Below, one piece after another: positions 48,257-59,962 of a DNA stretch of 64,000 nt. The notes under the pieces were generated by a model that did not search any database, was not told the origin of the DNA, and saw nothing but the letters and a program-made list of their open reading frames with translations. A program made the position numbers and the translations under genes. The stretch covers positions 43,663 through 107,662 of the forward strand of contig JAZQIU010000006.1 of the NCBI GenBank assembly GCA_045541255.1. The letters run 5' to 3'. Each line of letters starts with the position of its first letter. Position 1 is the first letter of the stretch. The stretch comes from Bacilli bacterium. GTDB lineage: Bacteria > Bacillota_I > Bacilli_A > RF39 > UBA660.

Positions 48257-49195
48257 ATGAAAAATTGTGTTGTAATTTACAATCCAAATAGTGGCCATAC
48301 TATGAATGAGGCAAATTTAAAAAGTGTTAAGAATATTTTGCCTAAATATGGATATAATGTTAAAATTATGCCTACTAGATATGCGGGGCACGCCAAAGAA
48401 ATAGTTAGTCATTTAGAAACTTGTGATTTAGTGATTAGTGTAGGTGGAGATGGGACTTTCAATGAAGTTGTAACAGGTAATATGCAACGTAAGAATAGAT
48501 TATTGGTCGCTAATATTCCTATAGGAACTACTAATGATGTAGGTATGATGTTTGGATATGGTAAAAGTTTTGATAGCAATTTAAAATTATTGATGGAAGG
48601 TTCTAAGAAAAAAATAGATATTGTTACTGTAAATGATAGACCTTTTGTATATGTTGCAGGGTTAGGTAAGTTTATTAATATTGCTTATGATACTCCTAGA
48701 TATATGAAGAAAAAGTTTGGCTATTTAGCTTATTTGTTTGAAGGTATAAAAGACTTTTTTAGACCTATAAAATCATATAAAGTTAATTATGAAGTGAATG
48801 GTTTAAAGAAAACTGGATATTTTTCATTTATATTAATTAGTAATGCAAATCGTATTGCGGGAATGAATATGTTTTATAAAGATGTAAGATTGGATGATAA
48901 TCAATTTGAACTTTTATTATGTAATTTTCCTACAAGACGTTCAATTATTAAAGCTTTAAGATTATTAATAGATAATGATCCTAATAATGTTAGTGGTATT
49001 GAATTTTATAAAACAAGTAGAGTGCATTTTGAATTTGAGCAATACCCTAAAAAAGCTTGGTGTGTAGATGGTGAAAAATTAGATAGGGCAACGAAAGAAT
49101 TTGTATTTAAAACTATTAATGATTTTGAAATAATGATGCCAAATAAAAATGTTAAAAAATTGTTTACAAAAAAGACTAATCTTATTGATGAATAG
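48257..49195 (+). CDS. Diacylglycerol/lipid kinase (DAGK_cat, YegS/DgkB-like).
   Basis: GGDGT motif (VISVGGDGTFNEVV); IPIGTTND; RBS GTGGTGA. Confidence 0.7.
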   Translation: MKNCVVIYNPNSGHTMNEANLKSVKNILPKYGYNVKIMPTRYAGHAKEIVSHLETCDLVISVGGDGTFNEVVTGNMQRKNRLLVANIPIGTTNDVGMMFGYGKSFDSNLKLLMEGSKKKIDIVTVNDRPFVYVAGLGKFINIAYDTPRYMKKKFGYLAYLFEGIKDFFRPIKSYKVNYEVNGLKKTGYFSFILISNANRIAGMNMFYKDVRLDDNQFELLLCNFPTRRSIIKALRLLIDNDPNNVSGIEFYKTSRVHFEFEQYPKKAWCVDGEKLDRATKEFVFKTINDFEIMMPNKNVKKLFTKKTNLIDE

Positions 49196-51752
49196 TCTTT
49201 TTTCTTTTTATTATTAAATAAGTAGTTGTAAGTATAGCAGTTGTTATACTTATAGCAATGCCTATATCTATATTATTTGCTGTATATTTTAAAGTTATGT
49301 TATTTTTTCCTTTGTTTAAATCAAAACCTAACAATGAATTGTTGATTTGATAAGTATTTATTTCTTTTCCGTTAGAATAAACTTTCCATCCTTTATCGTA
49401 AGGTATAGAAGTATATATAGTAGTATTTTCTTTAAGGTTTATTTTCCCACTTATTTTATGTTCTTTAAATGAAGTAATTTCAATTTCTTTTTCTTTGAAT
49501 AAGTTATATGCACTTAAAAATTTGTTGTTGTTTATAGTGTAAATATCTGGTTCTTCATATAAATAATTTTTGTAACTGATATATATTTCTATATTTTCAT
49601 TATTTGAAGTCTCGTTAATTACATAAGGTTCATCATATGTATGGAAGTTATATATGTCAGTGTTTGTTTTTAGTTGTATTTCATTAATATCTATTTCACT
49701 ATTGTAATATGCTGTATCATTTATTACTATATAATTTATTAATGTATTATCAGCGTAAATATAAATATTATCAAATTCGTTCTTATATGTAAATTTTATT
49801 ATTTTTTCAGTATTATTTTCAAATACTATTTTTTTATTTTTTAGTGTTAATCTATATAAAACATTTTCTATATTTGTTGTATTTTCTATAAAATCATTTT
49901 GGTACTCTAATGGATTTATATAGTTGTTATTCCAGTGTTTTATTGTGCTGTTTACTCCAAACATTAATCCTGTTGTGTAATTAAATTTATAAGTTTCGGT
50001 ATTATTTTCATTTGATGTTAGCGAATATCTTTTATTATCTTTATTTGAACCTATTGTATATTTAATATCAAATATTAAATCATAAATAGGGGTGTTTTGT
50101 TTATAATAATAACTATTTATATTGTTTCCTGGCTGACCTAAATCATTTTGTAGTTCTGCAATATTGTTATATGCCATTGAACTAAAAGTTGTTTGTCCGT
50201 AATAATCATACCATGCGCCGTCGTTTAATGTTAATATTTCGTTTTTTTCAGTTCTATAAAATAATTCATTGTCTTTTTTATCTGTAAGTTTTATGCTTGT
50301 ATTTATATCATTATAGTCTGCATAAAACTCATCTATATATTGTAAAATATCCCAATTGTGATTTATTGAAACTATACATTCTAATGCTATTACTCCTAAG
50401 AATAATGTGCATGATATTTTTTTGAATTTCGGATAGAAGTGATAAAGTGTATAAATTAAGAAGTATGTTGTTATTAGTAAATAATTTATTTTTATCATGT
50501 TATCAGTAATATTATCAAATTTTGTTAAATATACGAAAGTTATAAAAGAAATACTTAAAATGTATACTATTAATACTTTTAAAAATGAAATATCTTTTAT
50601 ATCTTTCAATGTATAAGCTGATATTATTATTAGAATAAAACTATATAAAAATGAATATCTATATGGTAAATCATTTGGTACATGGAATGCATGCCATATA
50701 TAGTCTATTGGTGCTATATAAAAAGATAATAATAAGAATGCTAGTATACTTGTGTATACTATTTTTCTTTTTAATGATACTTTTTTATTTAACCAAAATA
50801 GTAGAAATAACGCTATTGATAATATTCCACATGATACGTTAGGGCTGTTTGATATATCGCTAGCAAAAACTGTTGATGTTACACCTGTTAAATGATTTTT
50901 AAAAAATTCTGGTATAGTGAATGCATAATATTGACTTGTAGGTATAGAACCCATTGTAGCATTAGTGCTTGTTAAAGCTTCAAACATAGGGATAAGTGCC
51001 CATGCATTAAAAGCACCGGCAATAAGGGAACATATTGTGAATAACCCTATGGTTTTTAACAATTTTTTTAATTTGATTTTTTTAGTTTTAATAATTAAGT
51101 ATGCTAAGAAATAAATACAAGAGAATATACAAATCATATATCCAATAAAGTAATTTGAGTAAAGCATTACAGTTAAAGATATAGTATAAAGTATACCGTT
51201 GTTTTTATTTATTATATTTTCAATTCCAAGTATGATTAGAGGTAAGAATATTAAACCATCTAACCACATTATATTCCAATAGTAAGCTGTGAAATATGCT
51301 GAGTAAGCATATAATAAACCTAATCCTATTAGTATGGGTGTTTTAGTATCAAATTTTTTTCTTAAATAATAACTCATTGTTATTGCTGATATTATAGAAC
51401 GGATCCCTATAATAATTGAGTAAGACATTATTAAATCTTTTCTTTTAAACAAAAATATTAATATATTTAGAGGACTAGATAAATAATTAAAGAAATTTCT
51501 AAAAAACGGTAGCCCTAAACCAGTATTAAATGAATATAATAAACTTTCTCCTGAATGTATTCTGTCGAAAAACTCTGCAAGCATTGGTCCATATTGATGA
51601 AAGAAGTCTACTGTTAACATTGAGTTTCTTCCAAAAGGAGCAACATCTTGTAATATATATACTGTAATTATTACTATTAAACCTAAAAGTCCTGTTAAAT
51701 ATAAATAATTATAATTTTTTAAATGATTAAGTATTTTCTTCATGTTTACCAC
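49182..51752 (-). CDS. YfhO-family polytopic membrane glycosyltransferase-like protein (856 aa).
   Basis: About 14 TM helices, then a large C-terminal extracytoplasmic domain and a terminal TM; architecture typical of YfhO. Confidence 0.5.
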   Translation of the reverse strand: MVNMKKILNHLKNYNYLYLTGLLGLIVIITVYILQDVAPFGRNSMLTVDFFHQYGPMLAEFFDRIHSGESLLYSFNTGLGLPFFRNFFNYLSSPLNILIFLFKRKDLIMSYSIIIGIRSIISAITMSYYLRKKFDTKTPILIGLGLLYAYSAYFTAYYWNIMWLDGLIFLPLIILGIENIINKNNGILYTISLTVMLYSNYFIGYMICIFSCIYFLAYLIIKTKKIKLKKLLKTIGLFTICSLIAGAFNAWALIPMFEALTSTNATMGSIPTSQYYAFTIPEFFKNHLTGVTSTVFASDISNSPNVSCGILSIALFLLFWLNKKVSLKRKIVYTSILAFLLLSFYIAPIDYIWHAFHVPNDLPYRYSFLYSFILIIISAYTLKDIKDISFLKVLIVYILSISFITFVYLTKFDNITDNMIKINYLLITTYFLIYTLYHFYPKFKKISCTLFLGVIALECIVSINHNWDILQYIDEFYADYNDINTSIKLTDKKDNELFYRTEKNEILTLNDGAWYDYYGQTTFSSMAYNNIAELQNDLGQPGNNINSYYYKQNTPIYDLIFDIKYTIGSNKDNKRYSLTSNENNTETYKFNYTTGLMFGVNSTIKHWNNNYINPLEYQNDFIENTTNIENVLYRLTLKNKKIVFENNTEKIIKFTYKNEFDNIYIYADNTLINYIVINDTAYYNSEIDINEIQLKTNTDIYNFHTYDEPYVINETSNNENIEIYISYKNYLYEEPDIYTINNNKFLSAYNLFKEKEIEITSFKEHKISGKINLKENTTIYTSIPYDKGWKVYSNGKEINTYQINNSLLGFDLNKGKNNITLKYTANNIDIGIAISITTAILTTTYLIIKRKKTIHQ

Positions 51753-51895
51753 CTAAGTTGATTATATCTTATTGTTTTTTTTTAATCAATTATATTTTGG
51801 TCGTATGTTCTTATATTCTCAAATATCGTTTTTTCTTGCAAAATAAAGCGTTTTGTTGTATTATTAACTAGTTATTTAAAAAAGGGAGTGAAACC

Positions 51896-53698
51896 ATGGA
51901 TAAAATTATAAATGTTGCGGTTGTTGCACACGTAGATGCTGGAAAAAGTACTTTAGTTGATGCATTACTAGAACAAAATGGTGTATTTAGAGAAAATGAA
52001 GTAGTAGATGAAAGAGTAATGGATAGTAATGATTTAGAAAAGGAAAGAGGTATTACTATTTATTCTAAGAACTGTGCTATAAGATATAAAGATTATAAAA
52101 TTAATATAGTAGATACTCCAGGACATGCTGACTTTTCAAGTGAGGTAGAAAGAGTTATTAAAACTGTTGATACTGTAATCTTAATAGTAGATAGTGCTGA
52201 AGGTCCTATGCCTCAAACAAGATTTGTTTTAAATAAAGCTTTAGAACAAAATTTAAAACCAATATTATTTATTAATAAAATAGATAAAAAAGATGCTAGA
52301 CCAGAAGAAGTTGTTAATATGACTTTTGATTTATTCTGTGATTTAAATGCTACTGATGAACAATTAGATTTTCCAATTGTATATGGTATTGCAAAAGAAG
52401 GTAAATCTACAATAGATTTAAGTCAAATGGAAGATAGTATTTCACCACTATTAGATACAGTTTTAGCGCAAGTCAATCCATTTGAAGGAAATGAAAATGA
52501 TGATTTACAATTGCAAATAAGCACTTTAGATTATGATGATTATATTGGTAGACTTGGTATTGGTAGAATTAATAAAGGTAAGATTAAAAGCGGAGAAACA
52601 GTTACTTTAGTTAGTAATGATGGTAAGGAAACAAGTTTTAGAGTTAGTAAATTATTTGTTAATGAAGGTATTAATAGAGTTGAAAAAACTGAAGCTTATT
52701 ATGGGGATATAGTAACTATTGCTGGTTGTGCTACAATTAGTATTGGTGATACTGTTTGTAGTTTAGGTAAACCTAATCAATTACCTCCTATCCACATAGA
52801 TAAACCAACTTTAAGTATGAATTTCTTAGTTAATAATAGTCCTTTTGCTGGACAAAGTGGAAAATTCTTGACTAACAGACATATTAAAGAAAGATTAGAA
52901 AAAGAGTTGGAAACTAACGTTGGATTAGAAGTTGAAGAGTTAGGAAATAGTGATGGATTCAAAGTTAGTGGTAGAGGTGAATTACATTTATCAGTTTTAT
53001 TAGAAAACATGCGTAGAGAAGGATATGAGTTATCTGTATCTAAACCTCAAGTTTTAATTAAAGAAATTGATGGAGTAAAAAGTGAACCATTTGAAAAAGT
53101 TATAGTTAATTGTCCTAGTGATTATGCTAGTACTGTAATTAATGACTTACAAGAGAGAAAAGGTATGTTATTAAGTATGCAAACTACTGAAGATGATTAT
53201 ACTCATATGGAATTTAGTGCTCCAACACGTGGTTTAATTGGTTATAGAAGTTCATTTATAACTAATACTAAAGGTGAAGGAGTTATGGTTAGAAGTTTTG
53301 ATGACTATAAACCTTATGTTGGAGATTTACAAACTCGTAAAAATGGTGTTTTAGTTTCAATGGAAGCTGGAAAAACTTTAGGATACTCATTATGGAACTT
53401 ACAAGATAGAGGAACTTTAATAGTTGGACCTGCTACTGATGTATATATTGGTATGGTTGTTGGTATACATAATCGTGATAATGACTTAAATGTTAATCCA
53501 TGTAAAAATAAACAATTAACAAATACACGTGCAAGTGGTAGTGATGATGCAATCCAATTAATAAATCCAAAAACTTTCTCTTTAGAAGAAGCATTAGAAT
53601 TTATAGAAGAAGATGAGTATGTGGAAATTACACCAGATTGTATTCGTATTAGAAAAGCAATACTAGATCCAAAAGATAGATTTAGAAATAATAGATAA
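51896..53698 (+). CDS. typA: Translational GTPase TypA/BipA.
   Basis: G1 AHVDAGKST; G3 DTPGH; G4 NKID; EF-G-like domains; 600 aa. Confidence 0.9.
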   Translation: MDKIINVAVVAHVDAGKSTLVDALLEQNGVFRENEVVDERVMDSNDLEKERGITIYSKNCAIRYKDYKINIVDTPGHADFSSEVERVIKTVDTVILIVDSAEGPMPQTRFVLNKALEQNLKPILFINKIDKKDARPEEVVNMTFDLFCDLNATDEQLDFPIVYGIAKEGKSTIDLSQMEDSISPLLDTVLAQVNPFEGNENDDLQLQISTLDYDDYIGRLGIGRINKGKIKSGETVTLVSNDGKETSFRVSKLFVNEGINRVEKTEAYYGDIVTIAGCATISIGDTVCSLGKPNQLPPIHIDKPTLSMNFLVNNSPFAGQSGKFLTNRHIKERLEKELETNVGLEVEELGNSDGFKVSGRGELHLSVLLENMRREGYELSVSKPQVLIKEIDGVKSEPFEKVIVNCPSDYASTVINDLQERKGMLLSMQTTEDDYTHMEFSAPTRGLIGYRSSFITNTKGEGVMVRSFDDYKPYVGDLQTRKNGVLVSMEAGKTLGYSLWNLQDRGTLIVGPATDVYIGMVVGIHNRDNDLNVNPCKNKQLTNTRASGSDDAIQLINPKTFSLEEALEFIEEDEYVEITPDCIRIRKAILDPKDRFRNNR

Positions 53699-53710
53699 TT
53701 AAAAAAGATA

Positions 53711-54961
53711 CTATTTAGTTGTAGTATCTTTTTTCTTTGTGAATTCATTTGATAATAAGTTGTTTTTTTCAACTATCTTAAATTTCCAGTTGCTAATTAC
53801 TAAATCTAATTCTCCAATATATTCAGTAATTGTTGGGTTGAATCCTATTTTAAATTTATTTAGTCCTGCAAAACGAGATTCGTTAGAGAAATCATCTGCT
53901 ATACCATTTATATCAACTATTTCATATTCATCTTTATACATTTCAAATATTTTATGGTGTAGGAAATAGTTTGGGTTTAGATAATTATAGTTTTTATCAA
54001 CACCAGCTATTGCTATACTAACTTTGTTTCCATATTTAATTACTATAGCTCCAGCAATATATGTTTCTTCGTTTTTCTTTAATCCAGCAGTTGCATATAT
54101 AACATCTTGTTTATAATCTTCTAAGATTTTGTCTGAATTCATTTTTTCTTTTAGATTTTTTTCGCTAGGTTCTTGTTGTAATCTTTCATTTAATTCTTCG
54201 TTTCTAGCTGTTTCTTCTTCAACTTTTTTCTTAGCATTTAATAAATAAGTTTCATAATTTACTTTAACTAATAATAAATCGGCTTGACTAGATTTTTTAA
54301 ATGAATTATAAAAGTTTCTATAATAATTTACGCTTCTATCTTTCATGTATTTAACAAAATTATACAAAATATCTATTTTAGTAGCATCAGCTATTTCTAA
54401 TTCAAGACCATTAGTTTCTGTTGAACGTATATTGTTTCGTATTCTCTTATCTAAATCGTTTATATCATAGTTTTTTAAATCTACTAATGCAGTTAATTTA
54501 GGTTGTAATAATTGTAAAGGTTCTGTTTCTCTTCTTTTTTTGAAACCTAATTTTTTTAAATGATTAAGTATATCTATATTAGAATTTGTTATTCTATTAT
54601 AATTGTTTTTTATATCTATTGTTGCAATTGGTATCTCTGGATTTATTTTTAAAAAAATAACATTCTTTCTTTTATAGTATTTAATTAAGTTATTTGTGAA
54701 TCTCCTAACTAAATCCGCATCATCGTAATTTATGATGAAACCCTTTGGACAATATGCATAGTAGTAACTTCCAATTTTTTTTGTTAAAAACATACCAGCT
54801 GCAAGAATTTCATAATCATTAGTTGTGTATCCTACAAAAGAGTAGTCAAAACCAGTTTCAGCCATAAGCATTCCATAATTTGCTGATTGACAGTAATTAT
54901 TATATGGGCTTTTGCTAGCAAATTCTTCAAATTTTTCTCTAGTTAATTCTATCATTCTCAT
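53711..54961 (-). CDS. FemAB-family peptidoglycan branch aminoacyltransferase (FemX/MurM-like).
   Basis: N-terminus EFEEFASKSPYNNYCQSANYG matches the FemA signature (EFGAF...PYSHFTQT). Central coiled-coil insert and C-terminal acyltransferase fold (YATAGLKKNEETYIAGAIVIKYG). Confidence 0.75.
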   Translation of the reverse strand: MRMIELTREKFEEFASKSPYNNYCQSANYGMLMAETGFDYSFVGYTTNDYEILAAGMFLTKKIGSYYYAYCPKGFIINYDDADLVRRFTNNLIKYYKRKNVIFLKINPEIPIATIDIKNNYNRITNSNIDILNHLKKLGFKKRRETEPLQLLQPKLTALVDLKNYDINDLDKRIRNNIRSTETNGLELEIADATKIDILYNFVKYMKDRSVNYYRNFYNSFKKSSQADLLLVKVNYETYLLNAKKKVEEETARNEELNERLQQEPSEKNLKEKMNSDKILEDYKQDVIYATAGLKKNEETYIAGAIVIKYGNKVSIAIAGVDKNYNYLNPNYFLHHKIFEMYKDEYEIVDINGIADDFSNESRFAGLNKFKIGFNPTITEYIGELDLVISNWKFKIVEKNNLLSNEFTKKKDTTTK

Positions 54962-55151
54962 AAGAATACACCTCTTTATTAGTATATCATAAAAACTTAA
55001 TAACTTTTTTGATAAATATTGTATTTTTGCCTAAAAGTGTAAATTATTTAAATTATTATGGTATTTTAATATTAAATATTGTTTTATAGCGGAAAATGCT
55101 TGAAATAGGCTTTATTTTATGATAAATTAGTTATTGAAATTGGGTGATTTA

Positions 55152-55367
55152 ATGGAAACTATATTATTAGTTGTTTCAATATTATTAATAGTTTTAGTAT
55201 TATTACAAAGTAATAAAGCAAGTAGCGGTGCACAAATTATATCTGGTGGGAATGCTGATTTATTTCAAAATCAAAAAGAACGTGGTTCTCAATTATTAAT
55301 TACTAGAATAACTGCTATACTAGGTGTTTTATTCTTTGTTATATCTTTTATTTTATATATTAAATAA
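55152..55367 (+). CDS. secG: Preprotein translocase subunit SecG (ATG at 55152).
   Basis: METILLVVSILLIVLVLLQSNKASSG... two TM helices with the LLQ.GKG-type loop; secG–rnr–smpB order as in Bacillus. Confidence 0.7.
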   Translation: METILLVVSILLIVLVLLQSNKASSGAQIISGGNADLFQNQKERGSQLLITRITAILGVLFFVISFILYIK

Positions 55368-55399
55368 TAGAGGAAAAGTGATTTACATTACGACATAAA

Positions 55400-55435
55400 T
55401 ATTTATTATATTTATGTTTTTTTATGTTATAATTT
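55400..55435 (+). terminator. secG terminator.
   Basis: acataaatat-ttatt-atatttatgt followed by TTTTTTATG. Confidence 0.45.
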
Positions 55436-55458
55436 ATCTATAAAGGATAGAGGGTAAT

Positions 55459-57588
55459 ATGAAAGAACAAGTATTGAATGTAATGAATGATAGATATGAA
55501 GCATTAGATGTTATTGAAATAAATGATTTATTAGGTTTAACTACACCTGAAGATTTGAGTAGATTAAATAATGCGTTAGATGCTTTAGTTAAAGAAAATT
55601 TACTTTATAGAACAAAGAAAAATAAATTTATTTTGTTTAAAAATTGTCCTAACTTAAAAGTTGGTGTTCTTTCAATTAATAAAAAAGGCTTTGGTTTTCT
55701 TTTAGTACCTGGTGGAGAAGATATTTATATTGATAAAGATAATATAAATAATGCGGTTAATGATGATAAAGTTTTAATTGAAATAATAAATAATTTTGGT
55801 AAAACAGAAGGTAGAGTTTTAAGAGTATTAAGTAGAGATTTAAATAATTTAATAGGTGAAATTTATATCCATAATAATAAACCTTGTATTAAATTAGATG
55901 ATGAAAAGAAAAAGATTGAAATAAGATTAGATGAAAAAAGTTCTAAAGGGTTAGTAGAAGGAACTAAAGTAATTGTTTCAGTAGTAAAGGAAATGTCTAG
56001 AAATAAATATATGGGTAAAATAACAACTGTTATCGGCCATAAAGATGATCCTGGAATAGATATAAAATTAGTTTCATATAAGTATTCTATATATGAAGAA
56101 TTTTCAAATGATGCTTTGGAACAAACAGAAAGTATTCCAATTGAAGTGTTGCCACAAGATAAAGTTGGTAGAGTAGATTTAACTGATAAACAAATATTTA
56201 CTATAGATGGTGCTGATACTAAAGATATAGACGATGCAATTAGTTATGAGTATGAAAATGGATTACATGTTTTAGGTGTTCATATTGCTGATGTTAGTTA
56301 TTATGTTACTGAAAATAGTTTTTTAGATAGAGATGCATTATCAAGAGGTACAAGTTCATATTTAGCAGATAGTGTTATTCCAATGCTTCCTCATAAGTTA
56401 TCTAATGGTATTTGTTCTTTAAATGAAGGTGTAGAAAGATTAACACAATCTTGTGTTATGAAAATTGATAATAAAGGAAATGTAGTTGATTATGATATAT
56501 TTCCAAGTTTTATAAAATCCAAAAAGAAAATGACATATAGTAAAGTAAATGATATTATTATGCGTGATATTATTGATCCTGAGTATACTGAATATGCAGA
56601 TACTTTAAAACAAATGAATAATTTAGCTCATATATTACGTGAAAATAAAGTTAGACGAGGTTATATAGATTTTGATTTAGATGAAGCGAAAGTTATTGTT
56701 GATGAAGATAAAAATGTAATAGGAATAGAAAAAAGAGTTCGTGAAGATGGAGAAAAATTAATAGAAGATTTTATGATTGCTGCCAATGAAACAGTTGCAA
56801 TTCATATATTTAATATGAATTTACCTTTCCTTTATCGTGTTCATGACGTCCCTAATGTGGAAAAAGTAGATAAATTCTTAAAAATGGTTAGTTTATTAGG
56901 TTATAAATTAACTGGTAAAGTTAAAGATTTAACTCCTATTAGTATGCAAAAACTTTTAAATCAATTAAAAGATGTACCTCAGTATAAAATATTATCTAGT
57001 ATGCTTTTACGTAGTATGAGAAAAGCGGTATATCAAAGAGAAAACATTGGACACTTTGGGTTAGGTAGTAAGTGTTATACACATTTTACATCCCCAATAA
57101 GACGTTATCCAGATTTAGAAGTTCATAGACTACTTAGAAAATATTTATATGAAAATCAAATAAATGAAGAAACTATTGATTATTATCAAGCTAATTTAGA
57201 TATTATATGTACTCAATCTAGTGAAAGAGAACAAGCAGCTGTTGATGCTGAAAGAGAAGTTATGGATATGAAAATGGCTGAATATATGGAAAGTCATATC
57301 GGAGAAGAGTTTGAAGGTATTATTACTGGTGTTGAGAATTTTGGATTCTTTGTAGAGTTAGATAATATGGTTGAAGGTTTAGTTCATGTTAATAGTTTAA
57401 AAGGTGATTATTATAATTATGTTGAGGAATTATTATGTTTAATTGGACAAAATACTAAGAAACGTTATACAATGGGAGATAGTGTTAAAGTTAAATGTGT
57501 AGGTGCTTCTAAAGAAGCTAGAACTATAGATTTTGAATTAGTGGGGGATAAAAATGATAGAAATAAAGAACAGAAAAGCGTACTTTGA
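55459..57588 (+). CDS. rnr: Ribonuclease R.
   Basis: RNB catalytic domain ([13 protein letters not shown]); C-terminal S1 domain; 709 aa. Confidence 0.9.
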   Translation: MKEQVLNVMNDRYEALDVIEINDLLGLTTPEDLSRLNNALDALVKENLLYRTKKNKFILFKNCPNLKVGVLSINKKGFGFLLVPGGEDIYIDKDNINNAVNDDKVLIEIINNFGKTEGRVLRVLSRDLNNLIGEIYIHNNKPCIKLDDEKKKIEIRLDEKSSKGLVEGTKVIVSVVKEMSRNKYMGKITTVIGHKDDPGIDIKLVSYKYSIYEEFSNDALEQTESIPIEVLPQDKVGRVDLTDKQIFTIDGADTKDIDDAISYEYENGLHVLGVHIADVSYYVTENSFLDRDALSRGTSSYLADSVIPMLPHKLSNGICSLNEGVERLTQSCVMKIDNKGNVVDYDIFPSFIKSKKKMTYSKVNDIIMRDIIDPEYTEYADTLKQMNNLAHILRENKVRRGYIDFDLDEAKVIVDEDKNVIGIEKRVREDGEKLIEDFMIAANETVAIHIFNMNLPFLYRVHDVPNVEKVDKFLKMVSLLGYKLTGKVKDLTPISMQKLLNQLKDVPQYKILSSMLLRSMRKAVYQRENIGHFGLGSKCYTHFTSPIRRYPDLEVHRLLRKYLYENQINEETIDYYQANLDIICTQSSEREQAAVDAEREVMDMKMAEYMESHIGEEFEGIITGVENFGFFVELDNMVEGLVHVNSLKGDYYNYVEELLCLIGQNTKKRYTMGDSVKVKCVGASKEARTIDFELVGDKNDRNKEQKSVL

Positions 57589-57991
57589 TTATTTTATTGA
57601 AAGTGAAGTTGAAGCAGGTATAGTTTTAACTGGAACTGAAATAAAGTCAATTAGAAAAGGTAGTGCAAATTTAAAGGATACTTATGCAAGAATAAAAAAT
57701 GATGAAGTATTTATTTTAAATATGTATATTGCTCCTTATGAAGAGGGGAATAGGTATAATGTTCCTGAACGTAGAGAGAGAAAATTATTGTTAAAGAAAC
57801 ATGAGATTTTGAAACTTAAAAGTCAAGTTGTTAAAGAAGGATATAGTTTGATACCTCTTAAACTTTATTTTAAAGGAAATAATGCTAAGATATTATTAGG
57901 ATTATGTAAGGGTAAAAAACTTTATGATAAGCGAGAAACTATTAAAGAACGTGATTTAGCTAGAGAAAGTAAGAAAATTAATTTATATTAG
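57554..57991 (+). CDS. smpB: SsrA-binding protein SmpB.
   Basis: [12 protein letters not shown]...GTEIKSIR signature; 145 aa. Confidence 0.9.
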   Translation: MIEIKNRKAYFDYFIESEVEAGIVLTGTEIKSIRKGSANLKDTYARIKNDEVFILNMYIAPYEEGNRYNVPERRERKLLLKKHEILKLKSQVVKEGYSLIPLKLYFKGNNAKILLGLCKGKKLYDKRETIKERDLARESKKINLY

Positions 57992-58043
57992 TTTTCTTTT
58001 TTTTATGTTTTTGTTATAATACGAAATCGTGAGTGTGATTTAT

Positions 58044-59162
58044 ATGGAAAAATTACCTTTAGAATTAATTAGCGGAAGAAAAATTTTAATAAATAAAAAA
58101 GTAATTGAAACTGAAGTAGAAGATCTTAATTTTTGTCTGGGAAATAAAAAATTTTTAGATAATATAGATTTTTCTAAAAAAGTTATGTTTAGCCATGAAA
58201 TTAAGAGTAATAATAATATTGAGGGTATTAATGATGATATAGATTTAATAAGAAGAGTTATAGATAAGCAAAAAGATATTAAAGACATCGAAAAAAGAAA
58301 TAGAATTATAAATTTATATAAAGGTTATCAATATATTTTAGGTGCTGGTGACATTAATAAAGAAAGTTTAAGAGAATTATATTCTATATTAAGTGATGGT
58401 TTATTAACGGAAAACGAGAAAAAAGATATGGGAGAGTATTACCGATTGAGAACGGGAATAATTTTATATAAAGGAAGATTAGATGATTCCTATGAAAAAA
58501 CTATGGATGTAAAATATGTTAATGAGTTAATGGATAAATTATTAGAGTATATAAATACTGATAATAATTTAGATACAGCGACTGAGTATTTTATAAAATC
58601 TCAAATAATTCATTTTTATTTTGTATATATACATCCTTACTTTGATATTAATGGTAGAACAAGTAGAACAGTTGCTATGTGGTATTTATTAAATAATGAA
58701 TGTTTTCCATATATAATTTTTAATCGTGCGATAAAGAATGAGTTCCCAAAATACGATGAAGCTATTATAGAAGCTAAAAGATATGGAAATGTAACTTACT
58801 TTATAAAGAATATGTTGATTAGTGTTAAGAAAGAATTAGAGAAAGAGTTTGTAATAGAAGATATAAGAAAAAGCGTAAGCGCTAAATTATCAACTATTGA
58901 TTATCAAACCCTAAATTATATATTAAGTATGAAAGGTGTTACTACTTTATTAGATTTTGTTCAAGTGTATAATCGTGATAATGATAAAAAAAGAGCTTGT
59001 GATATCTATAATGAGATGATTTTACCATTACTTGATAAAAAAGTTATTGAGTTAGTTCGTTACACTAATAAAAGCTATGGCTCGACTCAAAAGAATTTTG
59101 AATTTAAATTAAATGAACAAAATATAAATAGAGATGAAAAGTTTTTGAAATATTTAAAATAG
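58044..59162 (+). CDS. Fic/Doc-family protein (putative AMPylase) with a long N-terminal extension.
   Basis: Fic motif HPYFDINGRTSR (HxFx[DE]xNGRxxR); N-terminal S/T-xxxEG-like segment (KSNNNIEGIN). Confidence 0.7.
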   Translation: MEKLPLELISGRKILINKKVIETEVEDLNFCLGNKKFLDNIDFSKKVMFSHEIKSNNNIEGINDDIDLIRRVIDKQKDIKDIEKRNRIINLYKGYQYILGAGDINKESLRELYSILSDGLLTENEKKDMGEYYRLRTGIILYKGRLDDSYEKTMDVKYVNELMDKLLEYINTDNNLDTATEYFIKSQIIHFYFVYIHPYFDINGRTSRTVAMWYLLNNECFPYIIFNRAIKNEFPKYDEAIIEAKRYGNVTYFIKNMLISVKKELEKEFVIEDIRKSVSAKLSTIDYQTLNYILSMKGVTTLLDFVQVYNRDNDKKRACDIYNEMILPLLDKKVIELVRYTNKSYGSTQKNFEFKLNEQNINRDEKFLKYLK

Positions 59163-59178
59163 TGCATTAAATAATGCA

Positions 59179-59454
59179 CTATTTCTTTGTGTTTTCATAA
59201 TAATTTCTTTCGGTTAGTGTGGCTAATAAATTTTCTAATTCTTCAATATCTTCATAATCTAAAATTTCTTCTATTTTTATCATTAAATCTCTTAATGAAT
59301 TTGATACTTCATAATTTATATTATATTTTTTTAATATTTCAATTTGATTATTAGTCAGATATAAATTTTCGTTTATTTTTTGCAATTTATTATTATTAAA
59401 GTCTATTTCATTTAATATTTTTTCTATTTCTTTATTCATTTTTTTCACTCTCAA
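59179..59454 (-). CDS. Hypothetical small helical protein (91 aa).
   Basis: Intact ORF; overlaps the upstream membrane-protein gene by 23 nt (operon). Confidence 0.35.
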   Translation of the reverse strand: MRVKKMNKEIEKILNEIDFNNNKLQKINENLYLTNNQIEILKKYNINYEVSNSLRDLMIKIEEILDYEDIEELENLLATLTERNYYENTKK

Positions 59455-59857
59455 ACAATTTATTATTTATAACAATATTATAGTTATTGTCTATAATTCC
59501 TTTTATATTGTTATCAAAATTTATTTCATTATTTTTAATAATTATTGTTCCTTCATAATGTTTTGTTTCGCAATTTTCATTTGTTAAACTTAATGAATAT
59601 GATTTGTCTGGGCTTATAATTATATAATCTTTAATATTGCATTCAGTAATATTAATTTTTTTGCCTGTTATTTTATTTATATTAACTGCATTAAGGTATG
59701 GTGTTAATATTTTGTAGGTAATAAGGATTAATATACCTAAAATAATTATTGTTATAAAAGTTGTGATAATTTTACCTGTAGATTTTTTTTTATTATCTTC
59801 AGGTGGTAATGACTCAATTACTTTTATTTTCTTTTTTAATGTTACCATATAAATCAA
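59432..59857 (-). CDS. Hypothetical single-pass membrane protein (141 aa).
   Basis: TM helix ITTFITIIILGILILITYKIL followed by a Cys-containing extracytoplasmic domain. Confidence 0.4.
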   Translation of the reverse strand: MIYMVTLKKKIKVIESLPPEDNKKKSTGKIITTFITIIILGILILITYKILTPYLNAVNINKITGKKINITECNIKDYIIISPDKSYSLSLTNENCETKHYEGTIIIKNNEINFDNNIKGIIDNNYNIVINNKLFESEKNE

Positions 59858-59903
59858 CCTTCTATTTTATTTATTATAACATATATTTAGTTTAATTTAA
59901 AAC

Positions 59904-59917
59904 AAAACAATTGTTTT
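59904..59917. promoter_or_regulatory. 14-bp perfect palindrome AAAACAATTGTTTT in the divergent promoter region (candidate operator).
   Basis: Read directly. It lies just upstream of an extended -10 (TGcTATACT, 59931-59939) for the plus-strand operon. Confidence 0.4.
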
Positions 59918-59962
59918 GTGATTGTTTTTGTGCTATACTTTTTATAGTATGGGAGGCTAGAT

